Under the pieces are notes generated by a model that worked only from the letters and a program-made list of their open reading frames with translations, ran no database searches and was not told the origin of the DNA. From Cyanophora paradoxa CCMP329 (Eukaryota; Plantae; Glaucophyta), in contig QPMI01000275.1 of NCBI GenBank assembly GCA_004431415.1, positions 1 to 64,000 on the forward strand: a stretch of DNA of 64,000 nt, written 5' to 3'. Positions 45,558-56,050 of this stretch are shown piece by piece. The first letter of the stretch is position 1, and each line of letters opens with the position of its first letter. Made by a program: the position numbers and the translations under genes.

Positions 45558-47514
45558 TCACTCGGCCCAGGGCGGCCACCCCGCGGCGAACATCGCCTGG
45601 ACCGCCGCGCTGGTCGCCGGCTCGCACTCGTACCCGTGCCTGGACGCCACCACCTTCAGGCGTACCCCCCTTCGAAGTCCCCGGAGGACCTGTCGGGGGC
45701 GGTCGGGCGGCGGAGGCAACGGAGGCGCCGGCCGGGGGTACGCGGATCGGACCTCGTAGGGGCGCAGGGGGAATCCAGGCGGGTCCATGTCGTAAGCGAT
45801 GCGGAGGCGGCGGAGGGCGGGGAGGGCCAGGATCGCTTCCGCCTCGGCCTCGGTCAGGGGCCGGGCGACCTGCAGGTCCAGGTCCGCCAGAGTCCGCCGC
45901 GCGCCGGCCCCGGAGAGGAGCGCGGCGACCGCCGCCGGGCTCGCCCCGAAGCCTGCGGCGACGTCGATATCGATCAGCTCGCTCGCGCACAGAAGCAAAG
46001 CGAAGCGGGGCGGGGGGCGCGCACATCTAACGCGGAGCGCGAGCCTCTGGAGCCTGGGGAGGGCGTCCAGGGCGTCGCCCAGGGCGTGCATAGCCGGCTC
46101 CGTCAACTCCTCCGCGAGCTCAGAGTGCCCGTCGAAGTGCAGGGTCGCCTCCCGCAGGCCCGCGGCGCGCCCGAGGGCCAGGATATCCTCCGGCTCCAGC
46201 TGGCCGCAGCCGAGCTGCGAAGGAAGGGACCTCGAGCGAGGGGCGTACGGGTACGAGATTCGGGGCGGGGAACGGAGGCACCTCGAGCGCCAGGATCGTC
46301 TCCAGGCTCGGCATGCGGCTCAGCGCGGCCAGGGCGGCCCCCGTGAGCGAAGAACCCGAGGGACGGGCGTCCGCCGAGCGCCTCGGGAACTGGCCCGCCC
46401 TAGATCCGCAGTAGGGTGAGAGGACGGGCCGGGAGGGGCGCGGCGGGAGAGGGGACCGGTCACCTGAACGGCCCGCGTACGCAGTCGATGGCGATGCTGC
46501 GGAGGTCCCTCCCCGTGGCGCTGCCAGCGAGGGCCTCCACTGCTTCCGTGTACTCCCAGTGATTGGGCCACATAAGGGCCAGCTCCCTAAGGCGCGCGAG
46601 GGGCGCGAGGGCGGCCAGCACGCCCCGCGCGGAGTCCCGGTGCGGTCGGAAGCTGAGCGAGCGGAGGAGCGGGCAGGCGGCGGCGAGGGCGGCCGCTTCC
46701 TCCGGGCCGGCCCCGTCGTTGAGGTCGTCGAAGAAAAGGACGAGCGACTCCAGGCCGCCGAAGGGGGCGAGGGCGGCCCGCAGCTCGGCGGGCTCCGGCC
46801 ACGCCAGCGACGCCGACCAGCACGAGAACCACTTGTTGAGGCCGATGCTGAGGCTCTGCAGGCCGCTGGGCGCGCCCCCCGGCGGCGCCAGCGCCCGCAG
46901 CAAGTCGAGGAGGAAGTCTCGAAGGAAGCTGCGGTCGCGGAAGTAGCTGCAGGACGAGTCGTCGTCGTCTTCGGCCATGGCGTGGCCGTACGCTCGCACC
47001 AGCTCGACGGTAACCTGGGCGGGGCCTCCGCGGACGACGCCCGAGAGCACCGCGCACGCTGCTGCCAGCGCGCGCCGGTGGCTGTACTTCGTCGCACTGC
47101 CGGACACGAGCTCCAGCCTGAGCGAGACGCTGGCGCCGCCGCCGCAGCGCAGCGTTCCCTCCTCGAAGAGCGCCAGTGCGGCATCGCACGCGTACACGCT
47201 CTCGACGGAGGGCTTCGCCGGCTTGAGCCGGAGCTCGACGCAGGACCATTCCGTCTCCTCGACCACCTGCCGCCACCGCCTGCGATCCAGCGCGCTTAGC
47301 TACGCGCGGGAAGAGCAACGCCGCCGCGGAGCGGTGCGGACCTGCACACGCGGCGCAGCGGCCAGCTCGCCTGCACGCCGAGCGCTTTGAAGACGTCGCT
47401 CATAATCGCGTCTGGCAGGGCATCGAAAGGCCCCGCCGCTTGGGAGGCAGGAGCAACCTCTATTTGAATGCAGGCCCGCTTCGCTGCGCGCTCTTCCGAA
47501 AGTTCCGACGCCAT
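45558..47514 (-). CDS. F-box/LRR protein, paralogue 1
   Basis: F-box FDALPDAIMSDVFKALGVQASWPLRRVCR|RWRQVVEETEW, followed by LRR-like LQSLSIG, LAAACPLLRSLSF, LARLRELAL, LPRLQRLAL. Confidence 0.85.
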
Positions 47515-47768
47515 CGATAATCTCGATCTAAATCTGCAGCGGTCGCTGACAGATTCGCTGTGCTCAGCTGCGCATGCGTCGATCGTGTACGCATCAGCGG
47601 TCGACTGTATATGTACCCCCATCCCACAACTATCCCGTACCCCCCAACTGGCGTGTGCGTACCCCCCTGCACGACGTCGTACGCGTCGTCGTCGACGAGC
47701 TCGGACGCCCCCGTCGCTGCTCTTAAAGAACATCCATAGCACTTCTTGTTTGGGTTCAAGGTCTGAGA

Positions 47769-47772
<4 letters not shown>

Positions 47773-47811
<39 letters not shown>
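47773..47811. repeat. (AG)n microsatellite
   Basis: Uninterrupted AG run of ~39 bp. Confidence 0.95.
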
Positions 47812-47816
<5 letters not shown>

Positions 47817-47852
47817 GGTTAGAGATGAAGGGGCCGGGAAAGGGGGCTACAG

Positions 47853-50280
47853 CTACAGGGCAGGATCCAGGGGGAGGGGCGCGGCCTCGCCCCACTCGGG
47901 GGCCGGGGCGCCGTCGACGCCCTGGCCCTGGCCCGAGGGGCGGCAGCAGCACGGGGAGGAGCAGCAGACGCAGACGAGCGCCGCGCTGCACATCCCGCAG
48001 CACTGCGGGTCCGAGGCCACCCGGACGGCCGCGTCACGCAGGCACCCCAGGCACCCCGCAGTCTTCGTACCCCTCCCGCCGCCGCTGCCCTCGCACGCCT
48101 CGGGCCCGCACCCACCGCAGGTCTCCTCCGCAGCCGGCGGCGGCGGCGGGGCCTGCACGCCCCGGCTCAGAAGCAAGGGGGGGGGGAGCCAGGGAGGGGG
48201 CGTACCCCCCCGGGCCCGAAGAGATCAGCCCAGCCGCCCCGCGCGTCGTCGCCCCCCGGCGGCTGCGGGGCGCCCCTCAGCGGCCGCCGGCGCCCGCCGC
48301 CCCGCGCGCCCCGCCGTCGCCTGCCTTCAGAGCCGGGAACAGCGCGTAGACGTGCGCCCTCGCCGCCAGGTTGATCTGTACCCCCCGACTCAGGCTCGAA
48401 AGGGGCCCCGCGCGGAATCGACCCCGCACCGCGTCGATGACCCGCGCGTGCTCGGACATCGGCAGACCGTCCACGGATCGCTCCCGCCTGCCGCAGGCCA
48501 GGGATCGGCGGAGGCGGGTAGAGGAAGGGAAGGGGGGTACGCACTTCCCGGCGGCGCCGTCCACCGCGCCCTCGTACACCGCCGCGTCCACGAGGTGCTC
48601 CTCGATCTGAAGAAAGCGTACCCCCCGTTGGCCGGGGGTACGCGGATCGGCGGCGCGGGCCCGCTCGCCTTAGGCTGCATGAGGAGAGAGGGCGCCGGGA
48701 ACGGGTTCGGCGGCGGTCCTGCGGTACCCCCCTCAGGGCGTGCGCGGGGGTTCGAATCCGGAGGGGCCGCACCGCCGACGGCGAGGTGGGCAAGAACGTA
48801 GAGGCCCGCGCACACCGCGTAGCCCCCCCTGCGCGACAGTCGGACCTCGGCAGGGGGGGGGAAGGCTGGGGGGTACCAGTTTGAAACGCCCGCGACGATG
48901 AGTGAGTCCGTCGCGACTGCGCAGCGGATGCGCTCTCCGTGGTTCACGTGTTGCGCCACCTGGGGTACAGAAATCAGCGGGGACCTTCCTCTCCGGGGTA
49001 CGTAGTAAAGGAAAGGGGAGCGGGGTACGGCACCAGGTCGGAGACGCGGCCCATGCCGATCTCGTTGCCGCCGTCGCCGATGCCGCTCGTCCCGATGGGG
49101 TCCCACCCCTCCGCCGCCTGCCGCGACCGTACCCGTCCATTCAGCCCGCCGCGAAGCCCGCGCGGAGGGGTACGGGCCAAGTTCCACCGTACCCGCTGCT
49201 TCGCCAGAGTGAAGAGGCGGTCGGTTCGGCCGCAGTATTTCGTGATGTCCTCCCCCCGCATGTTGTAGCACCGCCCGTCGTGGGAGGGCCTGGGGCGGGG
49301 GTTCAGAGGGGGGAAAGGAGGCGAGGGGAGGGGGGTACAGTGCGCACCCGACGCGCTCGATGGATATGAGGTGGTCGATGTGCCGGGGGCGGCCCTTCTT
49401 CCCCGAGGGGGGGGAAGAGGCCTCGGACCTCCCGGCCGGCCGCGCCGGGAGCGCGTACCCGTTCTCCCGCGGGCTCCGCTTCCTCCCCCCGTCCCCTTCC
49501 CGGTCCCCCCCCGCCGCCGCCTCCGCCCCATCCTCGAGAGCCGGACCCGGCTCCGGGGCGTACAGCAGCCTCTCCACAAATTGATCCAGGGCGTCGCCCT
49601 CCACAAAGTTTGGGTCCCTGCCCGCCCGCCCGCCCGCGTCAGGCGAGGCGCGGCGCGGCGCGCGCGTGCCGCACTCAGGGCAGGGAAATATGGCGATGTC
49701 CTCGATCTTGCCCATCAGATCCATCTTTTCCGCACACGCCCGGACAACGGGCTCGTTCAGCCGGTCTGCGGGTCGTGTTGGGCCGGGCGGCCGGCCTGAG
49801 AGAGCATCGCAGGGGGCCGCCCGCGCGGCGCTCACCCGTAAACAGCGTCACCTTGCGGTTCAGACGGACCAGCGCGTTCGCCCTGCGCTCCGGATCCCGG
49901 TGAGCGGCGACGCTCTCCCGCGGCTAAGGGCGCAGACGTACATGGCCACGGCACCTGGCGGCCCGTCCCTGCAGACGCAACGTTGAGCAGAGGTCACGGT
50001 CAGACGGACGGACAGCCTCAGATCGGCGCGAACGCGCAAGGACTCGTACGCACGTTTCGCCCGCTCCGCACCGCCAGATGTAGAATCCTGTGACGATGCC
50101 GATGTGCTTGCTGCTGATCATCTGCCGGCAGGCGTTCTCGAACTCGCCGGGCCGCACGAGGTTTGTGATGCCGCGCTTGCCGGGGTCCGCCGAAATGATC
50201 CGCTCGATCTCCTCGAACGCGCTCGCAGGCGCCTCGGGCGCAGCATCCGGCGCCGTCGCAGCTTCTTCGCCGACCGTCAT
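47853..50280 (-). CDS. DUF4392 (D-glutamate cyclase-like C-terminal domain) protein with a Cys-rich C-terminal tail
   Basis: DPGKRGI, IGIVTGFY, ETDGPPGA, HLISIERVG, DGRCYNMRGEDI, GIGDGGNEIGMG, LIVAGVSNWGG, GAVDG and SVDGL motifs. The 3' exons join through a GC-AG intron (48324-48263) and a GT-AG intron to the Cys-rich ORF ending at 47853. Confidence 0.85.
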
Positions 50281-50319
50281 CGCCACAAATACCTGTACCC
50301 GGAGCTGACCAATGGAACC

Positions 50320-50349
50320 GAATTCGAATTCGAATTCGAATTCGAATTC
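50320..50349. repeat. (GAATTC)5 self-complementary microsatellite
   Basis: Five perfect tandem copies, ~40 bp upstream of the DUF4392 ATG. Confidence 0.95.
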
Positions 50350-50953
50350 GGAAAGCGGGCCGCCGGCGCCTGTCTAGCTCAAGGCTCAAGCATCGAACGC
50401 GAGCTCGGATCCGGACAAGCGAGCTCGGGTGAAGCGAAGCGTGCGCCAGGTGCATGCGCACGGCATCGACGTCGGATCAAATTTGCCGTCGGCGTCGGAT
50501 CAAATTTGCCGCTGACGGCAGTGATCATGAGCGGCGCAGCACGCGCTAGCTCGCTCGCGCTTGAGCTCGAGCTTGATCGAGCCATCTATAGCTGAGCGTC
50601 CGGATGCCGTACCCGATCGTGAATTCAATAAATGCACGGCGCGCCGCGGCGCGCGGTTAAACGTAGCAGACTGAACGAGGATCGATTTCGAGATACAAGA
50701 GAAGGGCAACATGTAATAAACTAGAATACAAATTTGACTGCGCATCTAGGACTGAGGCCTAGGGAGTACAAGCAGCTTGATGCTGCGTGGACGTTTCTAC
50801 AATTGAAAAAAGCGACACCTAGAGCTCCCGGAGCTAACTTAAGGGTGCCGATATGTCTGAAATGAAAGCAAGTACCTTTGTATGAGGACTAAATTAAGGG
50901 AGCGAAAAAAGCGAACTCGGAAGAGCAAAGACTAGACAGGAGGGATCACTTAA

Positions 50954-53266
50954 TTACAGGGAGTTGGCCGTGTTCGGAGCAAAGGTCACCGAGGGCGCGG
51001 CGACGACGGGCTGGGCGGGTGCCGCCCCCGAGGGGTAGGCGTCGCCCCTGCGAATCGAGTCGCCGGCCGCGGCAAAGCCGGCTCGGTGGTTGAGGGCGGG
51101 GCCGTCGGGCGTGGCGAGGAACGCGGCGCCCGAGTGCGTGCTCCACATCTCGCCCTTGGCCACGCTCCACTCGCCGCCGGGGTGCATGCTCGTCCCGGCC
51201 GACGTCGGCGCCGGCTCGATGGGCGCGTGGGGCACCTCGGGGCGGCCGCGGACGAAGCCGCCCGAGTTCCACATCGAGGCCCCGCCGAGCTCGGGGAAGC
51301 TGACGCAGGCGAGGGAGAAGGGGACGATGAAGACGAAGCAGCCGAGGACCGTGTACGCGTCCATGTAGCTCAGCGGCTTGAAGAGCTGCAGCGTCAAGAT
51401 GGCCCCCGCGTTGCCGCCCGCCCCGATCAGACCCGACGCCGCCCCCAGGCCCTTGGGGTTGAGGTACGGCACGCAGCCGAACGTCGTCCCGCACGACATC
51501 TGCCGCCCCGCGCGTCGGCGCGCCGCGATCGCAGCGCCGCGCAGGGGCGGGGGCGGGGGCGGTCCGCACCTGGCACCAGTACGAGAAGATGAGCATGAAG
51601 AAGAACGAGGCCACGACGTTCTCCATGCGGGCGAATATGACAAGGAAGATGCCCTCCAAGACGATGCCGAGCCACATGAGCCAGAGGCGGCCGCGCATGC
51701 CCCAGCGCTTGGCGCAGATGTCGGAGAACTTGCCGCCGGACCAGCGCGAGAAGATGTTCATGAGGCCGAACGCCGACGCCGCCGCCCCCGCCTGCACCTT
51801 GTCGAACTTGAAGTGGTCCGCGTAGAACTCGGGGAACGTGCTGCGCGCCCCCCGACGTCAGCGCCGCGCGGCGGGAGGGCGGGCGGGGCGAGGCGCGGGC
51901 GCCTGACCTGTCGATGGTGAGCTCGATGCCGAAGCAGACGGCGTAGTTGAGGGCGAAGATGTAGGTGCGGTAGTCCGACAGCGCGATCTTGACCGCCGCC
52001 TTCGTATCCACCTTGGGCTTGAGGCCCTTCTTCTCAAGGTCGCGGTAGTTCCCGTCCGGCAGGTCGCGGGTGAACAGGATCACGCAGATGCCCGTCACGA
52101 TCGCCACCACGCCGGGGATGATCATCGTCAGGCGCCACTGCCTGCGCCGCCCGGAGCGTCGGCCGGGCCGGGCGCGGTGCGGCCGGGGCGCGGCGCACAT
52201 GTGCGGGGTGTAGCCGTAGTTGGAGAACGAGTTCATGATGACGGGCATGAGGAGGTGCGTGGTGCCGCCGCCCATGTTGCCCCAGCCGGCCGAGAGCGCG
52301 TTCACCTCGCCCACCACGTTCTTCGCGAACATGAACGACACTGCGCGCCGCCGCGTCAGCGCACCGCGGCTGCGGCCGCAGGCGCGGCGCGGCGCCCGGC
52401 GCACTGTGGTACTGTGTCGGCACGAAGGCGGCGCCGATCTGCGGGCAGCGGGCGTGAGCCTCGGAGGGTGGTGGCGGGCGCGGGCGGGGGGCGCGGGCGG
52501 CGCACGAAGGAGATGAACCAGCGGACGGCGACGTATCCGCTGTACGACGTGGCGAGGCCGGCGAGCGCGACGGGAATGCCGCCGAAGAAGAGGACGAAGC
52601 CCTGCCCGTAGCGCGGCCCGAACTGCAGCGCCGGTCAGGCCCGGCGGGGCGGGGCGGGGCGGGGCGGGACGGGCGGCGGCGCGCCTTGTCGCAGACGACG
52701 CCCATCACGATGCGGGCCAGGATGGTGCCGGCGACGCCGATCGAGTTGGCGTCGGCCATCTGCGCCGGCGTGAAGCCCATGTCCTTGCGGATCGTCGTCG
52801 CCATCTGCGGCCCCGCCCGTCAGCGGCCGCGGCGCCGGCGGGCCCGGGCGTGGGCTGGGGAGAGGGGCTGACCGCAGGGATGGCAAACCACGCGTTGAAG
52901 CACACGAAGAAAGCGATCGTCTCCCACCAGAGCGCGCGCACTGCGGGCCGCACGGTCAGCGTCGGCATCGCGGCGGGCAGCGCGGCCGCGACCGCGGCGC
53001 GGGTTGGGGCGTCGAGCGCGGGGCTCACTATGCGGCTGGGCGAAGGAGAGGAGGTTGTACGTGGTGGCCTTGCCATCGGCATTGGTCGGCAGCTTGTACT
53101 TCTTCGGCTGAGTTGCGGCGGAGGGCATCGGCAGCTCTTGCACGTCGGAGCTGGAGGCGGAGGGAGAGTCTGAGATCTTCTTAACTTTCTCCTCGAACAT
53201 CGGCGGCCGCTGGCTCTCTACGTGCATCGCCGGCAGCTCGATCGGGGCACTCGCATTCGGCGCCAT
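50954..53266 (-). CDS. NRT2: High-affinity nitrate/nitrite transporter, copy B (inverted paralogue of 33397-35701)
   Basis: Same exon structure and motifs as copy A (AGWGNMGGG, WGMRGRLW, GAGGNAG). The N- and C-termini have diverged. Confidence 0.97.
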
Positions 53267-53700
53267 GCTGTGAACGCTAGGGCGCTCTACTCTGAGCTAG
53301 GAAGCCCTGCGCCTGAGGGACCGGTCCGATGTATGCGCACGATGGACTTCGACTTCGGCGCGAGAATGTGCGAGTGCTGGACTTCTGCCGGTAGTCGTTC
53401 TCGGACCCGGCTGCAGAAGCGACAAGAGTCGCGACTCGCGACTCGACGCTGGGGGCAGGCAGCTGTGCGGGCGGCAGCATCGCTTCAAAACTGCTCAGCT
53501 GCGACTCGGCAAAAGGGCGGCGACCCGAGCAAAAGCTTAAGGGCCGCGACTCGGTCGTTCCCGCTGGGCTTGCTGCTCCTCTGTCCCTTCAAGAACGAAG
53601 CTGACCGGGATCCGAACCCGCGGCCACCAGCTGGGGTACAGGCCAGCGCGACGGTGGCTCTGCCGGGAGCAGTGCAAGCAGTGCGACTTGAATCTGAACG

Positions 53701-55724
53701 ATGTCGGGAGGACGTGCCAAGAAGCGGGCCCGCGTCAAAGAACCAGAACCAGCAGCCGAGGCGGCGCAGCATGGCGCGGCTGCATCTGCATCAGCCGCGC
53801 AAGCGGCTGGAGTGCTAGACGCACTGCCGGACGCGTTGCTGGGAGACATCTTCAGGGCGCTGGGGCCGCGGGCGAGCTGGCCCCTGCGCGGCGTGTGCAG
53901 GTGCTTTTACCCCGCAGCCGCGCGCGCCGCGCGACGCACGCGCGGCCGCGGCTGGTTGCTTTCTCTTCGTAGCTAACTGTTCGAGGGCGCAGTCGATGGC
54001 AGCGCCTAGTCGAGGAGACGGATTGGGCCAGCGTCGAGCTGCAGATGGATGGCGGGAGAGCCGGCGACTGGGCGGCCGCGGGCGGCGTGCCCAAGCCGCG
54101 ACGCAAGGCCGCAGCGAGCGAACGAAGCGGCGAGCGCGCTTTCAGCCGCGTGTCAACGCTCCTCGAGGAGAGAAGGCTACGGCTCGTCGGCGGCGGCAGC
54201 GTCGCGCTCCGGGCGGAGCTCCCCCGCCGGGCGATCTCGGCTCCACAGAGTGGGAAGAAGGGCAGAGCCGCTGATGCCGAGCTAAAGCGGAGCCACCAGC
54301 TCGCAGCGGCGGCGGCCTGCCGGCTCCTGGCCGTCGCCGCGTCCAGCGGCGTCGGACCAGCGCCGGCGCGGCCGCGCGAGGTGGTCATCGAGCTCTCGAG
54401 AAGAGACGGGCTGCTCATTGGCGTCAACGACGACGTGGACTTCGTTCGCACCTTCCTGCTCGACTTGCTGCGGGCGCTGGCGCCGCCGGGGGACGTGCCC
54501 AGCGGCCTCCAGAGCCTCAGCGTCGGCTGCAACGTCGAGCCGGAGCGCTACAGCCGCCAGGAGTGGCTCCCGTGGCCCGCGCCCGCCGAGCTCCAGCCCG
54601 CCCTCGCCCCCTTCGGCCAGCTCCGCTCCCTCGACCTCTTCTTCGGGCCCCTCGACGAAGGGATCACGAAGGAGGCGGCGGCGGTCGTCGCGGCCGCCTG
54701 CCCGCTCCTCGCCTCGCTCAGCGTCCGCCCGAGGCCCATGGCAGTCGCGCCCGTGCTGGCGGCGCTGGCGCCGCTGGCGCACCTGCAAAACCTCGCAGTC
54801 CTCGTGGGCCACCCGCACATCTGCGACGCTGTCGCCTTCGGCATCGTGACCATCGCCGGCGGCGCCGCCGGCAAGAGCCTTAGGAGCCTCGCCTTCCTCC
54901 CCGAGACCGAAGTCTACGCGTGCGTTCCGTATTGAGCCCCGCGGATCAATCAAATCTCTGACGGCGGGCGCGCGGGGCCGGCAGGCAGGGCGCATTCCCG
55001 AGGCGCAAAGAGCGCATCAAGAACCACCTCTTCGAAGCCTCGGACGACGCCCTGCTCGCCCTCGGCAGCATGCCACACCTCGAATCCGTCAGAACGCTCT
55101 TCGTGCGCACGCACGCGCTCGAAGTCGATCGGCGCCTTGCGCTGTACCCCGCTGAACGAACCCCCCGCAGCTCACGTGCTCGGACGTGAAGAAGGCGGCC
55201 GTCCTCGCCCTGGGCCGCTCCGCGAGCCTCCGGGAGCTCCACGTCTTCCTCTACGCGAACGAAGTGAAGCACGCGCGGGCCCTGGCGGAGGCCCTCACCG
55301 CGCTGCCCCGCATCGAGCGGCTCTTCCTCGAGCTCTCCTGTGCGCCGCTCTCTCTTTCAAACTCTGCGCTTCGTTTCTCACACACGGGCGGGAGCAGGCA
55401 GCGACGCGGGTCCCGGGGCCCGCGACGCTCTTGCGTTCCTCCGGAGCGCCGGCGCGCGGCGCGCCCTGACGGACCTGCGCCTCATCGTCTACGAGCCGGT
55501 CTCTGAGGCCCTGGCGGAGGCCCTCGCCGCGCTGCCGGCCCTCCGCCGCCTCGAGGTGGCGGCGCACCCCGTCTGCTGGCCGGTCCAGGGGGCCCTTCCC
55601 CCCCGCCCCCGCGAGGTGCGCGCCCCGGGCCCCGCCTCCGCTCCCCTCGGCTCATGTGAGCCCACGTGTGCAGATCCTCGGCCGCCTGCGGCCGGACGTG
55701 GCTGTGACGGTATGCGCCTTTTAA
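53701..55724 (+). CDS. F-box/LRR protein, paralogue 2
   Basis: LDALPDALLGDIFRALGPRASWPLRGVCR|RWQRLVEETDW; LQSLSVG, AACPLLASLSV, LAHLQNLAV, LPRIERLFL. Stop TAA at 55722-55724. Confidence 0.85.
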
Positions 55725-56050
55725 CGAGACGGCGGGGGCGTGTGCGGTCTCGCGATTTCCCGCATCTTGCCGCCCTCCTCCCTTCTAGGCTACTCGCTAG
55801 GCCCTCTTTCTCGGGCTCGAGCTCGCTACATATACTCGCTTTTTGTGGACCTGAATCGCAAGGGGTCACTGAGGAGCCGGGGGCACCGCAGCACGGGTAC
55901 CGGTGGAGGGCGAGGGAGGAGAAGGGGAGGGGGGCAGGCTCGCGCGCTGCCAGAGGGTCGGAAACCAGGAGCCGGGAGCGAACTTCAAGCTTTGGTTGCG
56001 GAGAGCGCAGAGGGGCGGAGCGGGGCGGAAGGCGGGCGCCGCCGCCACCG

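Noticed and set aside
50320-50349. Heat-shock element
   Set aside because: HSEs are alternating nGAAn pentamers. This is a 6-bp-period GAATTC microsatellite.
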